A stretch of 64,000 nt of DNA from assembly GCA_030599585.1 (NCBI GenBank), contig JAUVNS010000006.1:1-64000 (forward strand), written 5' to 3'. The notes below the pieces were generated by a model. That model made no database searches and was not told where the DNA came from. It saw only the letters and a program-made list of their open reading frames with translations. Shown one piece after another: positions 1 to 9,040 of this stretch. Both the position numbers and the translations under genes were made by a program. Numbering within the stretch: position 1 is the stretch's first letter; every line of letters begins with the position of its first letter. The DNA is from Promethearchaeota archaeon. Its GTDB lineage: Archaea > Asgardarchaeota > Lokiarchaeia > Sigyniarchaeales > SOKP01.

Positions 1-1
1 T

Positions 2-487
2 GAGATAACGATATATATTAATGATAATATATCTCTGGCTTATTTTTTGACATTTATTGCATTTGTTTTAGTAGTGGAATCTTTTAGTGAGTTGCGTCAT
101 GCTAAACTTGACGATGATCGATACCATAAAAATCGAATTTACTTAATTGCATTTTTACAGCTAATGGCAAGTATAATGTATATCACAAGCGAGTATCTTG
201 TAGTTTTATTATCGGCGTTTGGATTTTTCTTTAGTGCAATTTTTGCGCTTATTGGGAATAAGGAACTTAAAGTATTTTACATTGACAACGGTTTTGTTAA
301 TGCTAAGAAAGAAATTATTGTTGGAATTCTTCTAGTACTATTACCTGTTATTATTCCAGCTGCCTTAATTCCTTATATTTATAGAATCGCTTTTGATATG
401 ATCCCAGCACTAATTTGGTTGCTAACAATATTAATTTATGGAATATGGACATTAAAAAGAGCAATAAGAAAGATTACATCAGAATAA
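2..487 (+). CDS. Multi-pass membrane protein, 5'-partial
   Basis: The frame of ORF 47..487 is open back to position 2 (EITIYINDNISLAYFLTF...), so the gene probably starts before the window. About 5 hydrophobic segments; no family recognised. Confidence 0.6.
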   Translation, partial: EITIYINDNISLAYFLTFIAFVLVVESFSELRHAKLDDDRYHKNRIYLIAFLQLMASIMYITSEYLVVLLSAFGFFFSAIFALIGNKELKVFYIDNGFVNAKKEIIVGILLVLLPVIIPAALIPYIYRIAFDMIPALIWLLTILIYGIWTLKRAIRKITSE

Positions 488-644
488 GAGCAAAAAATGA
501 GATTTTTATCATTTGGAATACTTAAAGCATAGAGAATAAACTATTTAAATTAATTCTATAAAAATTGTTTTATTTTACTTTATAATATCTGAAATCGGAG
601 ATTTGAAACAAGAAGAAGCTTTTTACCTATTTCTATCTGACTTT

Positions 645-881
645 TTAATCAATACTATTATTTTTTGAAATTTTTTTGTCGATTTCTCTTAAGGTGTCTC
701 TAAGTCCTTTAACTCCTTTATTTCTTTTAAGTCGTTTTTCTTTTTCTGGACCAAATTTTTTTTTAAATTTTTTTTCCAAATATGAATATACATGAACGTA
801 TAGATATAGTCTCACAAATAATGACATAAAATTCATCCACCTTAAAAAAGATAATCTAATGTTTACTAGATTGAAGAACAA
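645..881 (-). CDS. Small hypothetical protein (hydrophobic N-half, basic C-half)
   Basis: 78-aa ORF with TTG start and a TTTAAAT box just upstream; no motif recognised. Confidence 0.3.
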   Translation of the reverse strand: MFFNLVNIRLSFLRWMNFMSLFVRLYLYVHVYSYLEKKFKKKFGPEKEKRLKRNKGVKGLRDTLREIDKKISKNNSID

Positions 882-950
882 ATTTAAATGTTCGTATAAA
901 GGAGTTAAAATAGATTAAACATTTCTTTTTTATTAGAAGAAAAATGATTT

Positions 951-1181
951 TTAGAAGTTAATTTTTAAAAACTCGGTCAGTAGAATTTTTTTATATTCCG
1001 CTTCTCTTTCTTCGAATGGAATGTTTTCCATCCCTGTATAGACATCTAAATTAGGAGATTTTTGAAAAAGGTTTGAAAAGGGGATGATAGCACAAGAAAG
1101 ATCAAAAAAATCGTCATTTGGTACGATATAAATATCTTCTTTTAGGACAGGATTTTTCTTTTCAATAATTTCTAAACTCAT
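951..1181 (-). CDS. Hypothetical protein
   Basis: 76-aa ATG ORF with protein-like composition; no family recognised. Confidence 0.45.
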   Translation of the reverse strand: MSLEIIEKKNPVLKEDIYIVPNDDFFDLSCAIIPFSNLFQKSPNLDVYTGMENIPFEEREAEYKKILLTEFLKINF

Positions 1182-1296
1182 AGTTAGGATACAAAATTTA
1201 AGAATAATAAAAGAAGAGTCCCGACAAATTTAGTAATAAAAGTAAAATTGATAGGTTAAGTTCATATTACCTTTCTACCTATTCGCATAAAAAGGC

Positions 1297-1743
1297 TCAA
1301 TCTATTGGCATATAGCTAAACATCATGAATATCCAAGAAAATAACCATAAATAAAAGGCTATCCATACTACAATTCCAATAATACCAATAATTAACCCTG
1401 CTTTTGCCATTTTCGGATCGTCATCTTTATTTTTACCAATAGCACCAAGAGCGATGCCAATGATTGAACCTACTACGGGTATAACGCCAAATAATCCCAG
1501 CAGTCCAAAAATTAGGGCAACTGTTCCATTTGTATTGTTACTTCTCGGACGATAACCATAAGGTTGATATTGGCTTGGATCATATTGAGGTTTTTGTTGA
1601 GGATAAATTTTTTGAGGAATTTGAGCTTTTGTTGGTTGTTGATTCACTATCTCTGATTTGAGATTATGTCCACAATTTGAGCACACATTCCACGAAGCTA
1701 CAATCTTAGTTCCACATTCAGGACAAAAATTCATAGGGGACAA
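1297..1743 (-). CDS. Zinc-ribbon + DUF4190-like membrane protein
   Basis: N-terminal CPECG...CSNCG, a Q/P/Y-rich linker, then two TM helices (ALIFGLLGL...GIALGAIG...MAKAGLIIGIIG). The true start may be ATG at 1734. Confidence 0.8.
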   Translation of the reverse strand: MSPMNFCPECGTKIVASWNVCSNCGHNLKSEIVNQQPTKAQIPQKIYPQQKPQYDPSQYQPYGYRPRSNNTNGTVALIFGLLGLFGVIPVVGSIIGIALGAIGKNKDDDPKMAKAGLIIGIIGIVVWIAFYLWLFSWIFMMFSYMPID

Positions 1744-1804
1744 ATCAATTTTTTTTTAAGATTATGTTTTGATTTAAACTTCTTACTTAAAATTATCACC
1801 ATCC

Positions 1805-1822
1805 CACATAAAAAGTTATGTG
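1805..1822. promoter_or_regulatory. Inverted repeat CACATAA-N4-TTATGTG between divergent genes
   Basis: Perfect 7-bp arms in the 1743-2002 intergenic region. Confidence 0.3.
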
Positions 1823-2001
1823 ATGAATACTGAAGGTGTTTTTACTTCTTTGTTTTTTCTTTATCTAACAATTTAACGAAAGAATTTCCTTGTATAGTAC
1901 GATTAAATTTTAAAATCTCATCTTTCGGAAGAAACTCGCTTGATAAACAATATTTTTATTCGAACGCAACTTCTTTACGATAACCATCTTGTCTGTTTCT
2001 T

Positions 2002-3594
2002 TTGAATATTAGAACGGATGCTATTATTATGATTCGAGAAAAGCTAAAAATAATCCCTGAACCTGTGAAAGCGTCATTAAACGACGGTGTATTTTTCCTT
2101 AGTCAAAAAACTACTATTCAAGCGGATTTAACATCTGCAGGAAATGGTGAATATTTGAAACAAGTATTAGCGATACAGTATGGGTTGAATCTAGCTTTTG
2201 AGGAGTCCTCTCAAGACAATGAGGGAAAAAGCTCAATAATACTTAAAACATCTAATGAAAAAGATTTAAATAATTCTGAAAAGTATTCTCTTTTAATTTC
2301 AAAAGAAAACATCATTATATCTGCAACCTCATCAGTCGGGGTTTTTTATGGTATCCAAACTTTACTTCAACTAATCCCTCATAAAACTTTGAAAGATGAT
2401 AAGATTTCTTTAGAAGTTTCTATTCCTTGCGTTTCGATTGAAGATTTTCCTCGCTTTAAATGGCGAGGTTTCATGTTGGACGAATCACGTCACTTTTTTG
2501 GAAAAGAACAAGTAAAAAAAATTTTAGATTTAATGGCTCTCTTAAAATTAAACACATTTCACTGGCACCTCACAGATGATCAAGGTTGGCGAATAGAAAT
2601 AAAGAAATATCCACTACTTACAGAAATCGGCTCAAAACGGGAGGGAACAATAACTTCAAATCGATTCCTAAGAAGCAATCAAAAAATTAAAGCCCCTAAA
2701 GATGAAATTCCCATATTGGGTTGTTACACACAACAAGATCTTCGTGAACTGATTCAATACGCTACTGAGCGGTTTATTACAATTATTCCCGAATTAGATT
2801 TTCCCGGGCATACAACATCAGTTCTCGCAGCTTATCCCGAGTTGAGTTGTACTGGTGGACCTTTCAAGGTTAGTACTCGGTTTGGGATTCATAAAGATGT
2901 ACTTTGTATAGGAAAAGAAAAGGTATTTGAATTTATACAAAATGTTTTAGACGAAATTATTGAGATATTCCCTTCTAACATAATTCATATTGGCGGCGAT
3001 GAAGCTCCTAATAGGAGGTGGAAAAAATGTTTTGATTGCCAAGCTCGTATTAAAGACGAGAGCCTTGGAAGCGTAGAAAATTTACAGGGATATTTTACGA
3101 ATAGAATTACAGATTATTTAGGGTCTAAAGGAAAACGGATAATAGGATGGAACGAAATTCTTAACGATGATCTTATTGATAATGCTTTATGTCAATATTG
3201 GATAAATCATTTTGATAAAGTTTTAGAGCATATAAGGAAAGGGAGACAAGTAGTGATGTCGGAAATGAAAGCTCTTTATTTTGATTATCCTTACAGACTA
3301 ATACCACTCCATCAGACATATAACTATGATCCCATTCCAAGCAATTTAGAAGAAAAATTTCATAAAAATATATTAGGCCTTGAAGCCTGTTTATGGACGG
3401 AGTATGTTAAAAATAAGGATAAGTTAGAATGGCTAACCTTTCCAAGATTAATCGCTGTCGCAGAAACGGGATGGACACCTAAAAATAAGAGAAATTTTGA
3501 GTCGTTTTTAAAACGATTAGAAAGGTTCCTCCCACTGCTTAGTGCACTTGATGTAAATTATCCAAAAAAAGAGGAATTTTTACAAGAGCAATAA
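2002..3594 (+). CDS. GH20 beta-N-acetylhexosaminidase (no signal peptide)
   Basis: DFPRFKWRGFMLDESRHF, FHWHLTDDQGWR, PELDFPGH, catalytic HIGGDE, EACLWTE, FPRLIAVAE. The start is probably ATG at 2029. Confidence 0.93.
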   Translation: MNIRTDAIIMIREKLKIIPEPVKASLNDGVFFLSQKTTIQADLTSAGNGEYLKQVLAIQYGLNLAFEESSQDNEGKSSIILKTSNEKDLNNSEKYSLLISKENIIISATSSVGVFYGIQTLLQLIPHKTLKDDKISLEVSIPCVSIEDFPRFKWRGFMLDESRHFFGKEQVKKILDLMALLKLNTFHWHLTDDQGWRIEIKKYPLLTEIGSKREGTITSNRFLRSNQKIKAPKDEIPILGCYTQQDLRELIQYATERFITIIPELDFPGHTTSVLAAYPELSCTGGPFKVSTRFGIHKDVLCIGKEKVFEFIQNVLDEIIEIFPSNIIHIGGDEAPNRRWKKCFDCQARIKDESLGSVENLQGYFTNRITDYLGSKGKRIIGWNEILNDDLIDNALCQYWINHFDKVLEHIRKGRQVVMSEMKALYFDYPYRLIPLHQTYNYDPIPSNLEEKFHKNILGLEACLWTEYVKNKDKLEWLTFPRLIAVAETGWTPKNKRNFESFLKRLERFLPLLSALDVNYPKKEEFLQEQ

Positions 3595-3607
3595 ACATTT
3601 CAAAATT

Positions 3608-3626
3608 TAGTGATTAAAAATCACTA
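3608..3626. promoter_or_regulatory. Inverted repeat TAGTGATT-N3-AATCACTA (terminator hairpin or operator)
   Basis: Perfect 8-bp arms after the GH20 stop, just upstream of a TTTATATA box at ~3640. Confidence 0.35.
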
Positions 3627-3667
3627 GAGGGGCGGAGTTTTTATATAAAAATTGATTTTTCCTTTTC

Positions 3668-3835
3668 ATGAGTAGAGCAAAAAATTCTGATGACTTTTTT
3701 ATACCCAACTTCTTTTACAGAAAGAAAAAATGTTATGGATGCGAAATAAAACGACATAGGCTGTTCTTACAGGAATCTCATAATTACATAGAATTATTCT
3801 GTAAAGATTGTAAAAATACGATCATAATAGATTAG
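3668..3835 (+). CDS. 55-aa zinc-ribbon microprotein (below the ORF-track cutoff)
   Basis: MSRAKNSDDFFIPNFFYRKKKCYGCEIKRHRLFLQESHNYIELFCKDCKNTIIID: CxxC-x19-CxxC, with a TATA box ~20-28 nt upstream. Confidence 0.7.
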   Translation: MSRAKNSDDFFIPNFFYRKKKCYGCEIKRHRLFLQESHNYIELFCKDCKNTIIID

Positions 3836-3868
3836 ATATAAAAAAAAATTAGTTATTAAATTATTTAA

Positions 3869-4540
3869 TTAAACTTCTTTTAGAATTGAGGGAATCAGCG
3901 ATCTAAAATTCATTGTATCTATTAATCCTCTGTTCTCATCTGATGATTTAACTATATTTAAAACGGCAATATCGGCACCATTGAAATACGCTTTCCTTAC
4001 CGAATCGTGATCTAAACCACCCGCTACAGATATGAAAACACCGTATTTTGATCGGACCTTATTAATATCTTTGTATCTGATAATGCTTCGTGGATTGATT
4101 TCTTCGTCTCTGCCCTTATGAATTACCACTGCTTTAGGTTTAAATTTTAACGGTAGCAGTTTGCGTAAAGGTTTTTCCTGACCAAGCATGTCGATCATAG
4201 AAAGTAATCCATATTTTTCACAGATTTCATTAAAGAAATCCAGAGTTTCTGTGGGGGCAGTTCCAGCGGCAGTCACTGCATTAGCTCCTGCTGCATGTGC
4301 GAATTTTACTTCTTCATATGCGCCATCTGTGACCTTTAAATCTGCAACAAGTAAGCCCCGCCAAAGTCTTCGAATCAACCTTATTCCTGCAATTCCTTCT
4401 CTTTTAATGAATGGCGTCCCAGCTTCGATAATTAAGCGAGGATCGTATGGTATATTTGGTAAAATTCTTACAACTTCTGCCGTTGTGTGATTAAAAGCTA
4501 TTTGTACGTATCTTTGATTCGTTTTGAAAGTTCTACTCAT
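3869..4540 (-). CDS. OMP decarboxylase/HUMPS-family (3-hexulose-6-phosphate synthase-like) TIM barrel, divergent
   Basis: IIEAGTP, ADLKVTDG, MIDM, VIHKG, VAGGL; GGAGG SD upstream. Confidence 0.8.
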   Translation of the reverse strand: MSRTFKTNQRYVQIAFNHTTAEVVRILPNIPYDPRLIIEAGTPFIKREGIAGIRLIRRLWRGLLVADLKVTDGAYEEVKFAHAAGANAVTAAGTAPTETLDFFNEICEKYGLLSMIDMLGQEKPLRKLLPLKFKPKAVVIHKGRDEEINPRSIIRYKDINKVRSKYGVFISVAGGLDHDSVRKAYFNGADIAVLNIVKSSDENRGLIDTMNFRSLIPSILKEV

Positions 4541-4556
4541 CCTTGAGCCCTCCTTA

Positions 4557-5333
4557 TTAAGTAAACTTCTTAAGAATATTACCTATTTCAGACGGCATGA
4601 AAATAACTATCTTTTCAGAAGGATCCTGAGATATATCTCTGATAGTTTGAAGAGTCCTAAGTTGTAAAGCTCCAGGTTCATTTGTCATAATTTTGGCTGC
4701 TTCCGCTAGGTTTTTTGCTGACGCAAGCTCACCCTCACTAGCAATAATTGCTGCTCGTTTTTCCCGTTCTGCCTCTGCTTGCTTAGCCATGGCTCTTTTC
4801 ATTTCAGCAGGTAACTCTATTTCCTGTATCTTTATGCTTTTTATATCAATACCCCATTCGCTAGTCTCTTGATCTACAAGCTCTCTAATGCCGGAAGCAA
4901 TTTTATCCCTTTCAGTTAAAACGCTATCTAATTCCATATTACCGACAACATCTCTTAAAGCCGCTTGCGTATATTGTCTAACCGCATAAGCATAGTTTTC
5001 TATCTTGATAATTGCTTCCGATGGTTTTTCTACCTTGAAATAAACTACTGTATTTGCCAAAACAGGTATGTTATCCCTCGTAATTACCTCTTGTCTCGGG
5101 ATGTCAGCAGTTACGATTCTCAAATCGACTTTCTGGGACTTTTCGAACATTGGGACTATATAAACTACGCCAGGCCCTATTGTTCGTTTATATTTGCCGA
5201 GTCTGAATATTATAAGCCGCTCATACTCCAGTATCACCTTTATTCCTGAAAGAAGCCAACAAGAAAAGAAAATCACAGCGAAGATTATTACAGGTATTAC
5301 TATAAACAACATGTCAAAACCTTGAAATATCAT
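4557..5333 (-). CDS. SPFH/band-7 stomatin-like (slipin) membrane protein
   Basis: N-terminal TM, EYERLIIFRLG, PRQEVITRDN, MAKQAEAERE, ALQLRTLQT. Confidence 0.93.
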   Translation of the reverse strand: MIFQGFDMLFIVIPVIIFAVIFFSCWLLSGIKVILEYERLIIFRLGKYKRTIGPGVVYIVPMFEKSQKVDLRIVTADIPRQEVITRDNIPVLANTVVYFKVEKPSEAIIKIENYAYAVRQYTQAALRDVVGNMELDSVLTERDKIASGIRELVDQETSEWGIDIKSIKIQEIELPAEMKRAMAKQAEAEREKRAAIIASEGELASAKNLAEAAKIMTNEPGALQLRTLQTIRDISQDPSEKIVIFMPSEIGNILKKFT

Positions 5334-5376
5334 TTTTCATCCTCTATTTAAAATTGTAAAGTTATGGTATATATAG

Positions 5377-5408
5377 AAAGATGGAGTATTTAAAAGATGG
5401 GGTATTTA
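5377..5408. repeat. 16-bp tandem duplication AAAGATGG(A/G)GTATTTA x2
   Basis: Two adjacent copies with one mismatch; each contains a TATA-like TTTAAATA on the minus strand upstream of the SPFH gene. Confidence 0.6.
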
Positions 5409-5558
5409 AAACCAAAACTAGGGAAGGAATCCGAACATTTTTATATTTAAGTTTGAATATACTATTTTACTTGGAAGAAAAACAAGCTTAAGCATAACTT
5501 TTTTAAGCTCAATTTTGTAGTATATGTTAGATATTGAATTTTTGTTAACAAGAAGAGT

Positions 5559-5879
5559 ATGCTGCAAACTATGTTTCCATTCGATATATTTGGTTTTATA
5601 AGTGGATTTTTTATATTAATTTTTGTCATCGTAATTATTGTTTTCATCATAATAATTATTGTTGTTTACAAGCTTCTCCATAGCAATGTAGATCATGATA
5701 ACAAAACAAGATATAAAATACCGAAATTACGGACTGAGGGTGTTCGGTCTACTTTTGTAAAAATAGATAAAGAAAACTTAAGGCAAGAAAAAATAAGCAG
5801 TAAGTGTAAGTATTGTGGTGAAAAAATCGAGGAAGATATTGCATTTTGTCCGTTTTGCGGTTCAAATTTATCTGAATAA
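5559..5879 (+). CDS. Single-TM protein with C-terminal zinc ribbon
   Basis: Long Ile-rich TM and CKYCG...CPFCG. Confidence 0.8.
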   Translation: MLQTMFPFDIFGFISGFFILIFVIVIIVFIIIIIVVYKLLHSNVDHDNKTRYKIPKLRTEGVRSTFVKIDKENLRQEKISSKCKYCGEKIEEDIAFCPFCGSNLSE

Positions 5880-6060
5880 ATTAATATAACGATTTCGGTT
5901 ATAGTTTATTTCTTTTTTTTCACTTTTTATTTCTTTAAACTAAAATTTTACCTATTTATATCTATGAATCATTTTAGAACATGTTCGATATCAAAAATAT
6001 ATTGTAATTTCACTTAAATTAATTGAACAAGGATTTTTAGCAAAGTTAAATAAAATTAAA

Positions 6061-6840
6061 ATGAACGTTGATAAGTATCTAGATTGTGGTATTAAGGATT
6101 TACTCATGCAATTCCCTAAAATCAGAGAATTACTTGATGAAATTAAAATAAACTGTGCAGAATGCAGCGGAGGTACCTGTGAATTAAGGGATGTAATTGA
6201 AATCCATCATATCGGCGAGCATGATGAAAAAATACTTATCAACAAAATTATAGAGATAATATACCCTGAAAAAATAACACTGATGCCCCGATCAGTGGGA
6301 AAAATCGAAGCTCCAAAAAATTCCTTACATTCAACACCATTTAATAAGCTAATAGATGAGCACAAACTGATAAAAAGATGGTTAGTGCTAATACCCAAAA
6401 TTCACGATTTTCTAGATAAAGAACGGGATGAAGCTATTCAAATCTTGTCTGAAAGTAGCGATTTTGTTAGTTTTTATGTCGATAAATATCATCAGGTAAA
6501 AGAGGAAGATAAAATTTTCAATTTACTAGACCAAAAATTAGAAATTTTAAAAAATATGGCTGACGAGCACGAACGAATTCGATTTCATGCTGGAATTCTT
6601 TTAGATGCTACAGAAGACAATGTTAGGACAGCTATCAAAGAAAGCCTTAATATCTATAAAGTACTTCTTTCAGAACACATCATTAAAGAAGAAGAGGTTT
6701 TATTCCCATGGATAGAGAGACATTTATCGGCTGCTCAAAAAAATGATCTGAATTTGAAATTTATTGAACTTGAAACAGAATCTTTAATTCTCGACGAGAA
6801 ATACAACGCTCTTATTGAAAAATTAGAGGAATTATTATAA
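6061..6840 (+). CDS. Hemerythrin (HHE) domain protein with N-terminal Cys-containing DUF1858/ScdA-like domain
   Basis: IKDLLMQFP...CAEC...C; DEH, YHQVKEE, DEH, EHIIKEE...LFP. Confidence 0.8.
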   Translation: MNVDKYLDCGIKDLLMQFPKIRELLDEIKINCAECSGGTCELRDVIEIHHIGEHDEKILINKIIEIIYPEKITLMPRSVGKIEAPKNSLHSTPFNKLIDEHKLIKRWLVLIPKIHDFLDKERDEAIQILSESSDFVSFYVDKYHQVKEEDKIFNLLDQKLEILKNMADEHERIRFHAGILLDATEDNVRTAIKESLNIYKVLLSEHIIKEEEVLFPWIERHLSAAQKNDLNLKFIELETESLILDEKYNALIEKLEELL

Positions 6841-6889
6841 CATTATAATAGAGATACAAGTTTAATTAGTATGATAAAAAGGAGGAAAA

Positions 6890-7315
6890 ATGATGAGATT
6901 CTTATCGTTTCATGTTGATTATTTCCGATACAAAGTAACCAAAAAAGGTCGTTCGAAGGTTGTTGAAGAAATTACGGAAGATAATAGAGAAGCCCAAATC
7001 AAAAACGCGTTAGTTCTCTTCATTAGCACTGAAAAACGGGACGAAGAAAATTCAGAAATATTAAAAAAAAGTATTCTTGAAATTGAAAAAATAACTAACC
7101 AGCTGAAGATTTCAAATATTGTAATTGTTCCTTTTGCTCATCTTTTTGGCCAACTTAGCACAATAGAATTTTCATTTGAGTTTTTTAAAAAAATCGAATC
7201 AGAACTGAAAATTATGGATTATTCAGTGCTCCGCCTTCCTTTTGGATGGTTTAATGAGTTAGAAATGAAAGCTAAGGGACATCCCCTTTCCAGAATCTCA
7301 AGAATTATAGAATAA
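6890..7315 (+). CDS. Free-standing archaeal threonyl-tRNA synthetase editing domain (Ser-tRNA(Thr) hydrolase-like)
   Basis: MRFLSFHVDYF, VPFAHL, PFGWF, KGHPLS; GGAGG SD. Confidence 0.88.
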   Translation: MMRFLSFHVDYFRYKVTKKGRSKVVEEITEDNREAQIKNALVLFISTEKRDEENSEILKKSILEIEKITNQLKISNIVIVPFAHLFGQLSTIEFSFEFFKKIESELKIMDYSVLRLPFGWFNELEMKAKGHPLSRISRIIE

Positions 7316-7497
7316 TCATTGATTAATTTGAATTTAATCTATAGATTAAGATCTATTAGAATCGTTAGATTTTAATTCTTGGATATCCATATGAATGATG
7401 TTTATTGACATTGAGAGAGAAATTAATCTTTAACAACAAAGTATATTTTATCCAAAACTTTCTTTAAAGTAAAATTACAAAATATTTAGCGATTAAC

Positions 7498-7812
7498 ATG
7501 GAAATGAAAGAAGAAATAAGCGAATATTACTTCTCATTGGAAGAAAGAAAGAAGTTGGCTAGAAAAAATGCTATATCTTTAGCTTTTCCATTCACTCTGG
7601 CATTATTGGCTCTATATGGCTTAATTTTTTACCCTTTTGATGTTATGTCCACCATGATGTGGATTTTTGGAAGCTACCGTAGCCCATTATTGATTTCATT
7701 TAGCACAATTTTATTGTTGCTTTTTAGCATTTTTATAGGCCTTTTCTTTACAGCATATCTATGGAAGTATATATCCACCAAGAAGATAATGAAGGAATTT
7801 AAAAAGCAATAA
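7498..7812 (+). CDS. Small two-TM membrane protein
   Basis: 104 aa with two hydrophobic helices and a basic tail. Confidence 0.6.
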   Translation: MEMKEEISEYYFSLEERKKLARKNAISLAFPFTLALLALYGLIFYPFDVMSTMMWIFGSYRSPLLISFSTILLLLFSIFIGLFFTAYLWKYISTKKIMKEFKKQ

Positions 7813-7923
7813 AAACATGCAGAAAATAAAAAATAGAAAAGTTCCTATCATATAATAAACTTATCTTTTTCAAAAAGTACGAGAATCACTAAAAATTTTA
7901 AAAAACTGAGAGAAGTATTCGTT

Positions 7924-8406
7924 TTAATCTCTCTCTTTCAGTAACTCGGTAAACGAGCTGTTTTCCTTAATAACATTTAAAACCATATGTGTATTAGTCC
8001 GCTCAACAAATTGAGATGTATGAATTTTCTTTATCATTTTGCTAAGATCCCCTCTATTTTTAAATCTTGCTAGAATTAGGGCGTCGTACTCTCCTGTAAT
8101 ATCGTAAACTGCAAATACATCAGGAATTTTAGAGATATCTTGTTCAACTTCCAACATTTTTCCTTTAGATATTGTTAATTCGATAAGCGCTATAATATTG
8201 TATCCTAATTTTTCATAATCTATTTGAACTCCATAATTCTTTATGACACCATTCTCCTCCAAATTACTAATACGCTTAATTATTGTGTTTGGTGACCGAT
8301 TTAGATCATCAGCAATAGTGCTTTTGTTTTTACGACCGTCAATACTTAAGATACTTAAGATTTCAAGATCCAACTCATCAATTTCGTAAGGTTTCATTTT
8401 ATTCAT
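7924..8406 (-). CDS. Lrp/AsnC family transcriptional regulator
   Basis: IDELDLEIL...DGR wHTH, LEENGVI, DYEKLGY, VYDITGEYD RAM domain. Confidence 0.93.
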   Translation of the reverse strand: MNKMKPYEIDELDLEILSILSIDGRKNKSTIADDLNRSPNTIIKRISNLEENGVIKNYGVQIDYEKLGYNIIALIELTISKGKMLEVEQDISKIPDVFAVYDITGEYDALILARFKNRGDLSKMIKKIHTSQFVERTNTHMVLNVIKENSSFTELLKERD

Positions 8407-8501
8407 CTAGATATAATGTGTTCGGTATATAAATAAATATAACGGATTTTTTTTCATTCATTGACAAAAAAGACTTATTATTTTCATAGTATTTAAAAAA
8501 C

Positions 8502-8519
8502 ATGTGAATAAAATCACAT
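8502..8519. promoter_or_regulatory. Palindromic operator candidate ATGTGA-N6-TCACAT
   Basis: Perfect 6-bp arms in the divergent lrp / zinc-ribbon-glnA promoter, directly upstream of TTTTTAAG. Confidence 0.55.
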
Positions 8520-8589
8520 AGTTTTTAAGTGTACTTGCATATCATTTGTTATATATATTATCAAATTTAAATTTACACATTGATTAAAA

Positions 8590-8946
8590 ATGTCATTAAA
8601 ATGCCCATTTTGTGGAACGAAATATTTTCACGATAGAAAAGTATGCCAAAAATGTGAAAATGAATCGATTAATAGTATAAACATCCCCAAGAACTACACC
8701 TATGTTCATTACGAAAAAACAATTGCATTTGGACGTCGAAAATCGGACGAAGCTTACATTAATATCGATTCTGAACCTAAGTTTTCTGATTTTATATCAA
8801 AATTGGATTATAATTGGAACTGTAATCCGAGATTCAGATTTCATAATTTTGTCGTTTTAAAATCTGAACTCGCTCAATTAAGAGCTATCAAAGAATTGAC
8901 AACTTCCGATTTAAAAATCCGTGAAGAAGAAAAAATGAATGTATAA
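8590..8946 (+). CDS. Zinc-ribbon hypothetical protein upstream of glnA
   Basis: CPFCG...CQKC at the N-terminus. Confidence 0.6.
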   Translation: MSLKCPFCGTKYFHDRKVCQKCENESINSINIPKNYTYVHYEKTIAFGRRKSDEAYINIDSEPKFSDFISKLDYNWNCNPRFRFHNFVVLKSELAQLRAIKELTTSDLKIREEEKMNV

Positions 8947-9040
8947 CATTTGAACAGTTGATTAATGAAACTTAATTTATGTATTCTAACCAACATAGAT
9001 ATTTGTAATTTTAGCTAATTAAATTAAACTGAAGATAAAA

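Noticed and set aside
1843-2014. Coding-looking minus-strand frame (QDGYRKEVAFE*KYCLSSEFLPKDEILKF...)
   Set aside because: Internal stop and no recognisable family, so a pseudogene call cannot be supported.
8502-8519. True CRP/FNR regulation
   Set aside because: No CRP-family gene is in the window; the adjacent Lrp is the simpler candidate.
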